Source of the DNA: an uncultured Bacilli bacterium
GTDB lineage: Bacteria > Bacillota_I > Bacilli_A > RF39 > UBA660
Assembly (NCBI GenBank): GCA_947626095.1
Contig: CANQQV010000015.1
Coordinates: 1-34,556, forward strand
Reading direction: 5' to 3'
Length of the DNA stretch: 34,556 nt
In this document: positions 27,145 through 34,556 of the stretch, in pieces
Position numbering within the stretch: position 1 is the first letter of the stretch
How the letters are laid out: each line of letters opens with the position of its first letter
The notes under the pieces: model-generated
The model's database searches: none
What the model was told of the DNA's origin: nothing
What the model saw: only the letters and a program-made list of their open reading frames with translations
Made by a program: the position numbers and the translations under genes

Positions 27145-28866
27145 TTATCCCTCCTCTAATTTTTGATTCAAAATAGTCAAAATCGCCTTACTCGCTGGTT
27201 TAGCTTTTTCTCCATTTAAGTAACAATCATGGAATGCTTCAGCAATCGTCTCATCATAAATGTATTTACCACTTTTATCTTTTGCCATTGCATACCTTGA
27301 TATACTTGCTCTAAATTCATCAAAAGTTCCACTGGCAAACGTCGTATTTTGATATTCTTGATAAGCTTCTTGTAACAATTTATAACTAAAATTACCTTTA
27401 GTAAAGTCTGTATAAACTGAATATAATTTTTTTGAATCACTCTCTGTAACATAATTTAAACGATTACTATTATAATAATTTAACATTGCTACATAAGAAA
27501 GATAATGACCAAATTCGTGAGCAACTGTACTACTACTAGTCGCATTAGGTGGAAAATAACCACTATTAGCTCCACTACTAACTGAATTTTTTAATTTAAC
27601 TGGATTTAAAAAATATTTAGCATTTAAGATAATTTGCGTCTTAATACCTACAGGATATCCTGAACTAGTATTACTAGTAGCAAAAGTAAATACTGGCATA
27701 AAAGCTGCTATATACGTTTCATTTTCGCCAACATTAGCTATTGTAATATTCGTTAAATAATCTCTAGCATTAGGAAATTCATTATATATATATGCAACAA
27801 CATTTCTTAATTCTTCTGCCAAATTTTTATCTATCTCACAAAAATTAACTGCTGTAACTCCATAATGAGCAATAATTTCATTTTCTACCTTTTTTACATC
27901 ACTTGGACAATTTCTTTTCTGCTTTTCACTGTCACTAACTATTAACTTATTAACATCACTAAGATTATTTATTTTCATTTGTTTTAAATATTGATTATCA
28001 TAAACAATAGACGTAACGCCAATACTAGAGCCATTAGAAACTTGATTAGACTTAGAAACTCCAGTATATTCTTCCATATCACCATTACCAGAACTAAAAT
28101 AATATCCCTTATTATTAGCCGATATTACCACAAATATAACAATTACCCATACTGCCATCACAACCATATAAGATAAGAAATCTCCAATACCATGTTTCTT
28201 TTTTACCGGTTCTTCTAATGGTAAATTTAGGTTATATGAAGAATTAGGCACATTAACAAATCTTCCTGATTGATAACTTTCTTGTCTACTAACTTGTCTA
28301 GATGAATTACCTTTCCATTCACTGCTATATCTCTTAGTCTTTGCTACATTACCAACTTTATTAAAATCTGCTTCTCTCTTCGTTCTAATTGAAGCTTCAG
28401 CACTATTTTTTGAAAACTTAATTTGGGCTTTATTAGCTCCTGTTGTCTTATTATTAGATTCCAATAACTCTTTTTTATATTCACCTATATTTTTTTCATT
28501 AGGTTTTATCTTTTCAATTTTTAAAATACTAAAGAAACCATTTCCTTCTGGTTCATTACTTTTTAATATTTTACTTTTATATTTTGTTGCTTTCGCTAAT
28601 TCTTGATCTTTAATTGCATCTTTAGCTTCTTGATAATCTAAATAAGTACTATAATCTGATCTCTTAATTTCTTGTTGAACTTTTTTCTTTTTAAAACTAA
28701 CAACTGAACTATTATTTGAAATAACTCCTCCAACATTTTTTGAAGCTTCATCTTTTATATACTTATTTTTAACTACTTTACGAACTTTTTTCTTCATTGG
28801 TGAACCACATATTGGACACATCGATAAATTATCTTTAACTTTATTCTTACATTTTGGACATATCAT
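27145..28866 (-). CDS. Zinc-ribbon / TM / HExxH zincin-like metallopeptidase
   Basis: CPKC...CPIC at the N-terminus, basic low-complexity linker, one TM helix, TVAHEFGH, ISRYA and ETIAEAF. Start ATG 28866 behind GGAGGTG. Confidence 0.78.
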   Translation of the reverse strand: MICPKCKNKVKDNLSMCPICGSPMKKKVRKVVKNKYIKDEASKNVGGVISNNSSVVSFKKKKVQQEIKRSDYSTYLDYQEAKDAIKDQELAKATKYKSKILKSNEPEGNGFFSILKIEKIKPNEKNIGEYKKELLESNNKTTGANKAQIKFSKNSAEASIRTKREADFNKVGNVAKTKRYSSEWKGNSSRQVSRQESYQSGRFVNVPNSSYNLNLPLEEPVKKKHGIGDFLSYMVVMAVWVIVIFVVISANNKGYYFSSGNGDMEEYTGVSKSNQVSNGSSIGVTSIVYDNQYLKQMKINNLSDVNKLIVSDSEKQKRNCPSDVKKVENEIIAHYGVTAVNFCEIDKNLAEELRNVVAYIYNEFPNARDYLTNITIANVGENETYIAAFMPVFTFATSNTSSGYPVGIKTQIILNAKYFLNPVKLKNSVSSGANSGYFPPNATSSSTVAHEFGHYLSYVAMLNYYNSNRLNYVTESDSKKLYSVYTDFTKGNFSYKLLQEAYQEYQNTTFASGTFDEFRASISRYAMAKDKSGKYIYDETIAEAFHDCYLNGEKAKPASKAILTILNQKLEEG

Positions 28867-28895
28867 ATGATTCACCTCCATACTCTATCACTATG

Positions 28896-28904
28896 ATTAT
28901 ACCA
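28896..28904 (-). promoter_or_regulatory. Extended -10 promoter of the zincin operon
   Basis: TGGTATAAT 30 nt upstream of the start. Confidence 0.6.
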
Positions 28905-28907
28905 CAT

Positions 28908-28931
28908 AAAAAAAGTGCATTAAAGCACTTT
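28908..28931 (-). terminator. Intrinsic terminator
   Basis: AAAGTGC-TTTAAT-GCACTTT hairpin plus T tract overlapping the stop. Confidence 0.6.
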
Positions 28932-29744
28932 CTTATCACCAAAAACCAATTTCATATGTTCTTGCATTTTTTCATATTCAACCCAAGCTTCAGGATATAA
29001 TTCTTTGCTTCTTTCTAACTCATAATTTTGTTCTGCTAAATCAGGTGCTTGGAATGTTTTATTCATTTCATAAAAAGTAATTATATCAGCTAATTTAACC
29101 ATTCTTTGCGTTTGTTCAGCATACAAAGCCCTTTGCCTTTTATTAAAATTTTTCTTTTTTACTTCACTAACTACTTCCAAATTATAACATTCCTTAAAAT
29201 AACTAGTTTTAAATATTCGTTTTGTAATAGTATCTACTAAATATAATTCGCCATTAATTTCTACTTCCACAAATGGACGTGTTTCCGTAAGTCTAACACC
29301 TCTCGTTGGTGAAGTATAAAGCGCTTCATAAAAAGTAAAATCTTCAAAGACTATACTAAAAGCTGTATTAGGATCATACACACAATATCTTAATGTTTTA
29401 CTAGGTGGTTTAGCTAAAAACATAGTAACTGGTACACCCGCTGATATATAAAGACATTCTTTTCTTAATTTATCTTTAATTGCCATTGGAATACCACATA
29501 CATTAGGCGTCTTTGTATAATGATAATCACTAGGATTATTCGTTATTGCCAAATCACTTAAAGATAGAAATTCCCTTTCTGGATTTATCTCCCCTTTATA
29601 TACTAAAGCATCCATTATTGTTGCTCTAATAGCTTCTTTATCTAACTCATCAATATCTTCGTGATGCTCTAAATATTCTAAAATATGCCAACACTTATAA
29701 AATGTTTCATTAACTAATACTGGATAATCAAATAAACTTTTCAT
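28920..29744 (-). CDS. Hypothetical protein (274 aa)
   Basis: GAGGTGG RBS, own promoter and terminator. No family confidently recognised. Confidence 0.8.
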   Translation of the reverse strand: MKSLFDYPVLVNETFYKCWHILEYLEHHEDIDELDKEAIRATIMDALVYKGEINPEREFLSLSDLAITNNPSDYHYTKTPNVCGIPMAIKDKLRKECLYISAGVPVTMFLAKPPSKTLRYCVYDPNTAFSIVFEDFTFYEALYTSPTRGVRLTETRPFVEVEINGELYLVDTITKRIFKTSYFKECYNLEVVSEVKKKNFNKRQRALYAEQTQRMVKLADIITFYEMNKTFQAPDLAEQNYELERSKELYPEAWVEYEKMQEHMKLVFGDKKVL

Positions 29745-29767
29745 TTAACCACCTCAAAGTAATCTGT

Positions 29768-29796
29768 ATTATAACAATTAATACCCATTTTGCCAA
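29768..29796 (-). promoter_or_regulatory. sigmaA promoter for the 274-aa gene
   Basis: TTGGCA (29791-29796), 17-nt spacer, TATAAT (29768-29773) with TG extension. Confidence 0.7.
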
Positions 29797-29811
29797 ATTA
29801 AAACGTAGAAT

Positions 29812-32070
29812 TTATTCTTCTACGTTTTCTGCTTGTTTACCAACTAATACTTCACGAGGCTTAGAACCATTTGCTGGTCCGATTACTCCTCTTTCTTCTA
29901 ATAAATCAACTATTCTTGCTGCTCGATTATAACCTAATCTAAATCTTCTTTGAATTAATGAAGCACTAATCTTACCTGTTTCTAAGGCAAACTCATATAT
30001 TTCATTGTATAATGGATCATCAAATGATTCTTTATCACCAGATACTGGATTATGTTCTTCCGTAATCGCTTTTTCTAATGAATCATCATAAGATGCTGTT
30101 TGTTGACCACTAACATATTCAATAACTTTAGCTATCTCATCATCGGTAATAAAACATCCTTGAATTCTTATTGGATTATTCTCTCCCATTGGTAAATATA
30201 ACATATCACCTTTACCAAGTAATTTTTCTGCTCCGGCATGATCTAAGATTGTTCTTGAATCAACCTGTGATGCAACCGCAAATGAAATACGTGTTGGTAT
30301 ATTAGCTTTAACAACACCCGTAATAACATCTGTACTAGGTCTTTGGGTTGCAACAATTAAGTGAATACCAGCCGCACGAGCCATTTGGGTAATACGCATT
30401 ATTGAATCTTCAACTTCTTTAGAAGCAACTAGCATTAAATCTGCTAACTCATCAATAATAACCACTAAGTAATACATCTTTTCTTTATCAAATGTTGGAT
30501 CTTTAGCTTTTTCACTTTCAACCCATTCATTATAAGAACCAATATTCTTAACCCCAGTTTCACTAAACATCTCATAACGTTCTTCCATCATTGCTACAAC
30601 TCTTTGTAATGCTGTATTAGCTTTCTTAGGATCAGTTACAACCGGCCATAATAAATGTGGTATACCATTATAATTTGAAAGTTCAACCTTCTTAGGATCA
30701 ACTAAAACTAATTTAACTTCATCTGGTCTTCTAAACATCAAAATAGATGCAATAAAACTATTAATACATACTGATTTACCTGAACCAGTAGAACCAGCAA
30801 CTAATAAGTGTGGCATTTTCGAAATATCAGCTGTTTGTACACGACCCATTAAGTCTTTACCTAAAGCTACTAATACCTTCGCATTTTCTTGTCCTTTAGG
30901 AATATTACCCAATACTTCTCTTATCTTAACTGCACTAATTGATGGATTAGGTATTTCAATACCTATTGTACTCTTACCAGGTATTGGGGCTTGAATACGT
31001 ACATCTTTAGCCGCTAATGCTAAAGCTATTTCTTTATTAATTCCTAAAATACGACTAACCTTTGTTCCATTTGGAATTGCTACTTCATATTGTGTAACTG
31101 CTGGTCCAACATGAATTTCCACAACTGTTCCATTTATTTGGAAATCATTTAATACTCGCTCTAAAATAATTTTATTACTCTTTGTAAACTCCGAACTATT
31201 AACTTTATTCTTTGGTACTTCATCTAAAAGATTAATACTAGGTAACGTATAAAAGCCTTTAGTAGATGCTGAAGTCATTTCTGGAATCTTCATTGTCATC
31301 GTTAAATCAAGATTCTTATTATCTAAATTAGCTGCTAAATTAGCTGGATTAACTTCTTTATTATTAAGCATTGGCACCTCAGTATCAGCTACTGTAACTG
31401 CTACCTCTTCATCATCTTCTTCTGTTTCTTCTTCGTCGTCTTCCTCTTCCTCTTCTTCACTTTCTCTTAAAGCTCTTCTCTCATCAAGTTTGTGTTTAAA
31501 ATTAACAATAACTTCACCTAAATCAACATTAAATAACATAACAATCGCAAATAAGATTAAAGCAAATAAAACAACAATCGTTCCTATCTTACCAAATAAA
31601 CTAGTTAAAGCATAAGCGCAACCAGCACCGATAATTCCTCCCCCAATATTAATACCACTTTGACCACTTGTAAAAATACTCGAACCACTCTTAATCGTTA
31701 CTTTACGTGATTCAAAATTAGTAATCGTTGCATCAATTATTTCCTTTGGTTCATACTTGTTAATAAATCCTGCATGAGCCATAACTAAAATAACTAAGAT
31801 AAGTATATATAAACCAAGTAACTTTGAACTAAAAAAATTAGGTAATTTTCTTTTAATAAGCATATAAAAGCCCATAAATAAAAGTAAAGCTAAAATCGCC
31901 CACCAAAACTCACCAACTAAAAACATGGCAAACTGTTTAACCATTGATCCTACAATTCCAAAACCTATTCCTACAATCCCTATGACAATTAAAAGTAAGC
32001 CAATTAGTTCTACACTGTAATTAAAATCCTTCTTTTCATCTTTCTTCGATGTTTTTTTCTTCTTAGCCAT
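29812..32070 (-). CDS. ftsK: DNA translocase FtsK/SpoIIIE
   Basis: N-terminal TM domain, MPHLLVAGSTGSGKS, IDELADLM, ATQRPS and gamma domain LIQRRFRLGYNRAARI. Confidence 0.97.
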   Translation of the reverse strand: MAKKKKTSKKDEKKDFNYSVELIGLLLIVIGIVGIGFGIVGSMVKQFAMFLVGEFWWAILALLLFMGFYMLIKRKLPNFFSSKLLGLYILILVILVMAHAGFINKYEPKEIIDATITNFESRKVTIKSGSSIFTSGQSGINIGGGIIGAGCAYALTSLFGKIGTIVVLFALILFAIVMLFNVDLGEVIVNFKHKLDERRALRESEEEEEEDDEEETEEDDEEVAVTVADTEVPMLNNKEVNPANLAANLDNKNLDLTMTMKIPEMTSASTKGFYTLPSINLLDEVPKNKVNSSEFTKSNKIILERVLNDFQINGTVVEIHVGPAVTQYEVAIPNGTKVSRILGINKEIALALAAKDVRIQAPIPGKSTIGIEIPNPSISAVKIREVLGNIPKGQENAKVLVALGKDLMGRVQTADISKMPHLLVAGSTGSGKSVCINSFIASILMFRRPDEVKLVLVDPKKVELSNYNGIPHLLWPVVTDPKKANTALQRVVAMMEERYEMFSETGVKNIGSYNEWVESEKAKDPTFDKEKMYYLVVIIDELADLMLVASKEVEDSIMRITQMARAAGIHLIVATQRPSTDVITGVVKANIPTRISFAVASQVDSRTILDHAGAEKLLGKGDMLYLPMGENNPIRIQGCFITDDEIAKVIEYVSGQQTASYDDSLEKAITEEHNPVSGDKESFDDPLYNEIYEFALETGKISASLIQRRFRLGYNRAARIVDLLEERGVIGPANGSKPREVLVGKQAENVEE

Positions 32071-32087
32071 ACTCTATCACCATAATC

Positions 32088-32096
32088 ATTATATCA
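32088..32096 (-). promoter_or_regulatory. Extended -10 promoter for ftsK
   Basis: TGATATAAT upstream of the GGTGA RBS. Confidence 0.55.
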
Positions 32097-32222
32097 CAAA
32101 ATAAAAAGAAAAAGAGGTATTTCCTCCCTTGTTAACAAAAAATAAAGTTACATAATACAATCCCTACTAAAACATATAGAATAATTATTAGTATTGAACT
32201 ATTACTCTTTTTCTTAAAAAAA

Positions 32223-32312
32223 CTAAATATAAGCTCCTACTATAATAATTAATAGAATAAATAATACTAAGATAATTGCAGGACCTAAAGCGTTATTTCC
32301 ACAATTATTCAT
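32223..32312 (-). CDS. YjcZ/SscA-family small sporulation membrane peptide (29 aa)
   Basis: Not in the ORF track. MNNCGNNALGPAIILVLFILLIIIVGAYI, AAGGAGG RBS, family-like motif LVLFILLIII.GA. Confidence 0.8.
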   Translation of the reverse strand: MNNCGNNALGPAIILVLFILLIIIVGAYI

Positions 32313-32345
32313 AAACCATCCTCCTTTATTTGTTTTTTCACTAAT

Positions 32346-32373
32346 ATTCTATGGTTAATTATCTATTTATGTG
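32346..32373 (-). promoter_or_regulatory. sigmaK-like (mother-cell) promoter for the YjcZ-like peptide
   Basis: CACA (32370-32373), 16-nt spacer, CATAGAAT (32346-32353), matching mACA-N16-CATAnnnT. Confidence 0.55.
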
Positions 32374-32403
32374 AATGTTATTCTTGTTTTTTACATTATA
32401 GAT

Positions 32404-32412
32404 TGCTATAAT
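32404..32412 (+). promoter_or_regulatory. Extended -10 promoter for prsA
   Basis: TGCTATAAT upstream of the AAGGAGG RBS. Confidence 0.6.
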
Positions 32413-32436
32413 AATAGTTGTATTAAGGAGGAAAAC

Positions 32437-33477
32437 ATGAAAAAGAAAATTATTGTGCTAGCCCTTTGTATGTTATTAATTTCAGGGTGTGGAAGTAAAA
32501 TACCAAAATTGTCTAATGGTGATGAAGCAGTTATTACAATGAAAGATGGTCAAAAAATAAGTGTAAATGAGCTTTACGAAGGAATGAAAAATGAATATGC
32601 ACTACAAACATTAATAAATTTAATGGATAAGAAAATTCTAGAAGAAAAATATGGTGATCGTTTAGATGAAGCTAATCAATCAGTTGAAACTAACGTAAGT
32701 ACTCTAGAACAATACTATGGTGATAGTTTAGAAGGAATGTTACAACAAGCTGGATATCCTTCACTTGATGCTTATAAACAAGAAGCTTATATTAACTATT
32801 TAAGAAATTTAGCTATCGAAGATTATTGTAAAGGTAAAATCAAAGATAAAGAAGTTGAAGAATATTATAAAAATGAAATTGAACCAGATATTGTTGTAAG
32901 TCATATTTTAATCACTCCAAATGTTACTGATGATATGACTGACGAAGAAAAAGAAACTGCTGAAAAAGAAGCTAAAGATAAAATTAATTCTGTTATAGCT
33001 GAATTAAAGAAAACTAATAGCAAAGATGTTGCTACTAAATTTGCTGAATTAGCTAAACAATATTCAATGGATGAAACTAATAAAGATAAAGGTGGTTCAT
33101 TAGGAACTATCAATAAAGATACTTTATCAGATGAATATGATGAATTAGTAAGTGCTGCTTATAAATTAAAAGATGGTGAATATTCTAAAGATATAATCGA
33201 AACTGAAATTGGTTATCACGTTATCTTAAGAACTGAAACAAAAGAAAAAGCTTCATTAGATGAAGTTAAAGATACAATTCTTTCTGATTTAGCTAGCGAA
33301 TATATCCAAGCTCATTCAGTTGCTCAAGTAGAAGCATTACAAGAATTGAGAAAAGATTATAAAATGGAAATAGTTGATTCTGATTTACAAAAACAATATG
33401 CAACTTACATTCAAAATCAATTGACTCAATTACAAGCTCAAGATCAAGAAACTGCTAATCCTCAAAAAGAAAGTTAA
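32437..33477 (+). CDS. prsA: PrsA foldase (parvulin-type PPIase lipoprotein)
   Basis: ISGC lipobox, VSHILI, FAELAKQYSMD, GGSLG and GYHVI. Start moved to ATG 32437. Confidence 0.92.
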   Translation: MKKKIIVLALCMLLISGCGSKIPKLSNGDEAVITMKDGQKISVNELYEGMKNEYALQTLINLMDKKILEEKYGDRLDEANQSVETNVSTLEQYYGDSLEGMLQQAGYPSLDAYKQEAYINYLRNLAIEDYCKGKIKDKEVEEYYKNEIEPDIVVSHILITPNVTDDMTDEEKETAEKEAKDKINSVIAELKKTNSKDVATKFAELAKQYSMDETNKDKGGSLGTINKDTLSDEYDELVSAAYKLKDGEYSKDIIETEIGYHVILRTETKEKASLDEVKDTILSDLASEYIQAHSVAQVEALQELRKDYKMEIVDSDLQKQYATYIQNQLTQLQAQDQETANPQKES

Positions 33478-33482
33478 TACTT

Positions 33483-33510
33483 AAAAAGGAACTTTTAAAA
33501 GTTCCTTTTT
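33483..33510. terminator. Bidirectional terminator between convergent prsA and recX
   Basis: Perfect 28-bp palindrome AAAAAGGAACTTTTAAAAGTTCCTTTTT. Confidence 0.85.
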
Positions 33511-34271
33511 TATTTGTTCATAACTCTTTTAACATCGTCATAATAAAATCCTTTGGCTACTAACTTAGCTAATATTTTATTTTCTAATTCATAACCGTCA
33601 TACTTCTTACTTAATTTATTCTTAGCTTTTTCATATTCTTTTACTAGAATATCATCAGTATTTTTAAATTCACTTTCTTCTATTACTTCTTCAATCATTC
33701 TTTTATAAAAACCATTCATACTTAATTGATATAATATTTTTTCTTTTAACTTATTACTACTAAGACTTTTATTTTGTGCAATCATCTTTTTTACACTATT
33801 TCTTATTTTGTCTAACCAAATTTCTTCACTAATACTATCTAATCTCTCATCAAGTTCTTCTTCACTATATCCTAACTTAATTAAACTATTTTTAATCTTT
33901 TTAGGTCCATTATTACTTAAGTTTATCTGATCTGCCAAATAACATTTTAAATATATATCTTTATTTAAATAACCATTCTTCTTTAATCTATCTATCGTTT
34001 CATCAACTGTTTTTTGCGTATAATCTACTCTTAAGTAATCTTCTATTTCTTTTTCTGTACGTAACTTCTTCGTTAAATATCTTAAAGCTTTATAATAAGC
34101 TTCTAACTTATCATTATACTTTGTTATTTCTTCAAATAACTCTTCATCTATTTCTTTTTTACGTAATAACTCATATTTAACTATTACATCATCATATAAT
34201 TTAACTTTAAGACCATCAATTAAAACCTCATAACGATTACTTTTTAACTTTGTATATTTTTCGATTTTCAT
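33510..34271 (-). CDS. recX: RecX regulatory protein (long Firmicute type)
   Basis: ALRYL...RTEKEI..YL, L...GYLN, GPKKI..L..LG, repeated L..(K/N)GF helices. Confidence 0.88.
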   Translation of the reverse strand: MKIEKYTKLKSNRYEVLIDGLKVKLYDDVIVKYELLRKKEIDEELFEEITKYNDKLEAYYKALRYLTKKLRTEKEIEDYLRVDYTQKTVDETIDRLKKNGYLNKDIYLKCYLADQINLSNNGPKKIKNSLIKLGYSEEELDERLDSISEEIWLDKIRNSVKKMIAQNKSLSSNKLKEKILYQLSMNGFYKRMIEEVIEESEFKNTDDILVKEYEKAKNKLSKKYDGYELENKILAKLVAKGFYYDDVKRVMNK

Positions 34272-34306
34272 TATATCACCTTGTAAATCATATTATATCA
34301 TACTCA

Positions 34307-34337
34307 AAAAAATAGAGTTATCTTCTTTTAACTCTAT
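34307..34337 (-). terminator. Intrinsic terminator upstream of recX
   Basis: ATAGAGTTA/TAACTCTAT stem followed by T tract. TGATATAAT promoter element follows at 34292-34300. Confidence 0.65.
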
Positions 34338-34419
34338 CCTCTATAAACAGTATATCTTCTATATCTGAACATATTGCTAATAACACTACTAATATACCAA
34401 TTACTATATATCTCACCAT
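34318..34419 (-). CDS. Possible 33-aa hydrophobic peptide
   Basis: MVRYIVIGILVVLLAICSDIEDILFIEDRVKRR, ends inside the terminator, RBS poorly spaced. Confidence 0.3.
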   Translation of the reverse strand: MVRYIVIGILVVLLAICSDIEDILFIEDRVKRR

Positions 34420-34480
34420 AAATTAATCATCCCTTCTTTTCTCACGTTGTATAACTTATCATATTTTACAAATATCTTCA

Positions 34481-34556
34481 ATAAAAATCCACTAGTTCAA
34501 CTAGTGGTTTTTATGTAGCCCTATAAGGGCATACTACTGGCTGACTCCACATGGAG
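34481..34556 (-). mobile_element. Probable right end of an IS200/IS605-family element (transposase outside the window)
   Basis: Serial hairpins on the minus strand: CTCCATGTGGAG, GCCCTTATAGGGC and AAAACCACTAGTTGAACTAGTGGATTTT. GC-richer than the surroundings. Confidence 0.55.

Noticed and set aside
26507-28176. ORFs 26507-26704 (+), 27216-27452 (-) and 27991-28176 (+)
   Set aside because: Nested within longer genes, with composition typical of off-frame translation
13205-29744. Basic C-terminal tails on orphan proteins (LKLKK, KKKRK, KKVL) as a shared export signal
   Set aside because: Lys-rich ends are expected in an AT-rich genome and also occur on ordinary genes here
31400-31465. GAA-rich repeat tract in ftsK
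   Set aside because: Encodes an ordinary acidic linker and is not a repeat element
32901-33113. Minus-strand 70-aa ORF
   Set aside because: Antisense shadow of prsA
1-34556. CRISPR array, tRNA or rRNA genes
   Set aside because: No spaced direct repeats or cloverleaf/rRNA-like GC-rich segments were seen. Intergenic gaps are short and explained by promoters and terminators

Overview
AT-rich chromosomal window from a low-GC Firmicute. The gene set and RBS/promoter style suggest an uncultured gut Bacilli lineage such as RF39 (inference). All credible genes except prsA are on the minus strand. Housekeeping content: two-component system, GntR(YtrA)-ABC operon, der, ysxC, glmS preceded by a compact glmS ribozyme, ftsK/spoIIIE, prsA and recX. 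Two accessory modules stand out. (1) 13205-17980: an operon with its own near-consensus sigmaA promoter, encoding a 445-aa unknown protein, a coiled-coil-fused CobS/MoxR-type AAA+ ATPase and a degenerate VWA-like partner, directly downstream of a cytoplasmic transglutaminase-like gene. (2) 25027-28904: a tightly coupled operon encoding a zinc-ribbon/TM/HExxH zincin, a secreted trypsin-like pseudoprotease and a small PsbP-like exported protein. Also seen: an unannotated YjcZ/SscA-like sporulation peptide with a sigmaK-like promoter, an Rpn-family nuclease with a possible internal small-protein start, a CxxC-less thioredoxin-like protein, no TGA stop among 33 complete genes, and a probable IS200/IS605 end at the right edge. 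No tRNA, rRNA or CRISPR array was seen. Family calls come from motif recognition by eye, not from database searches.
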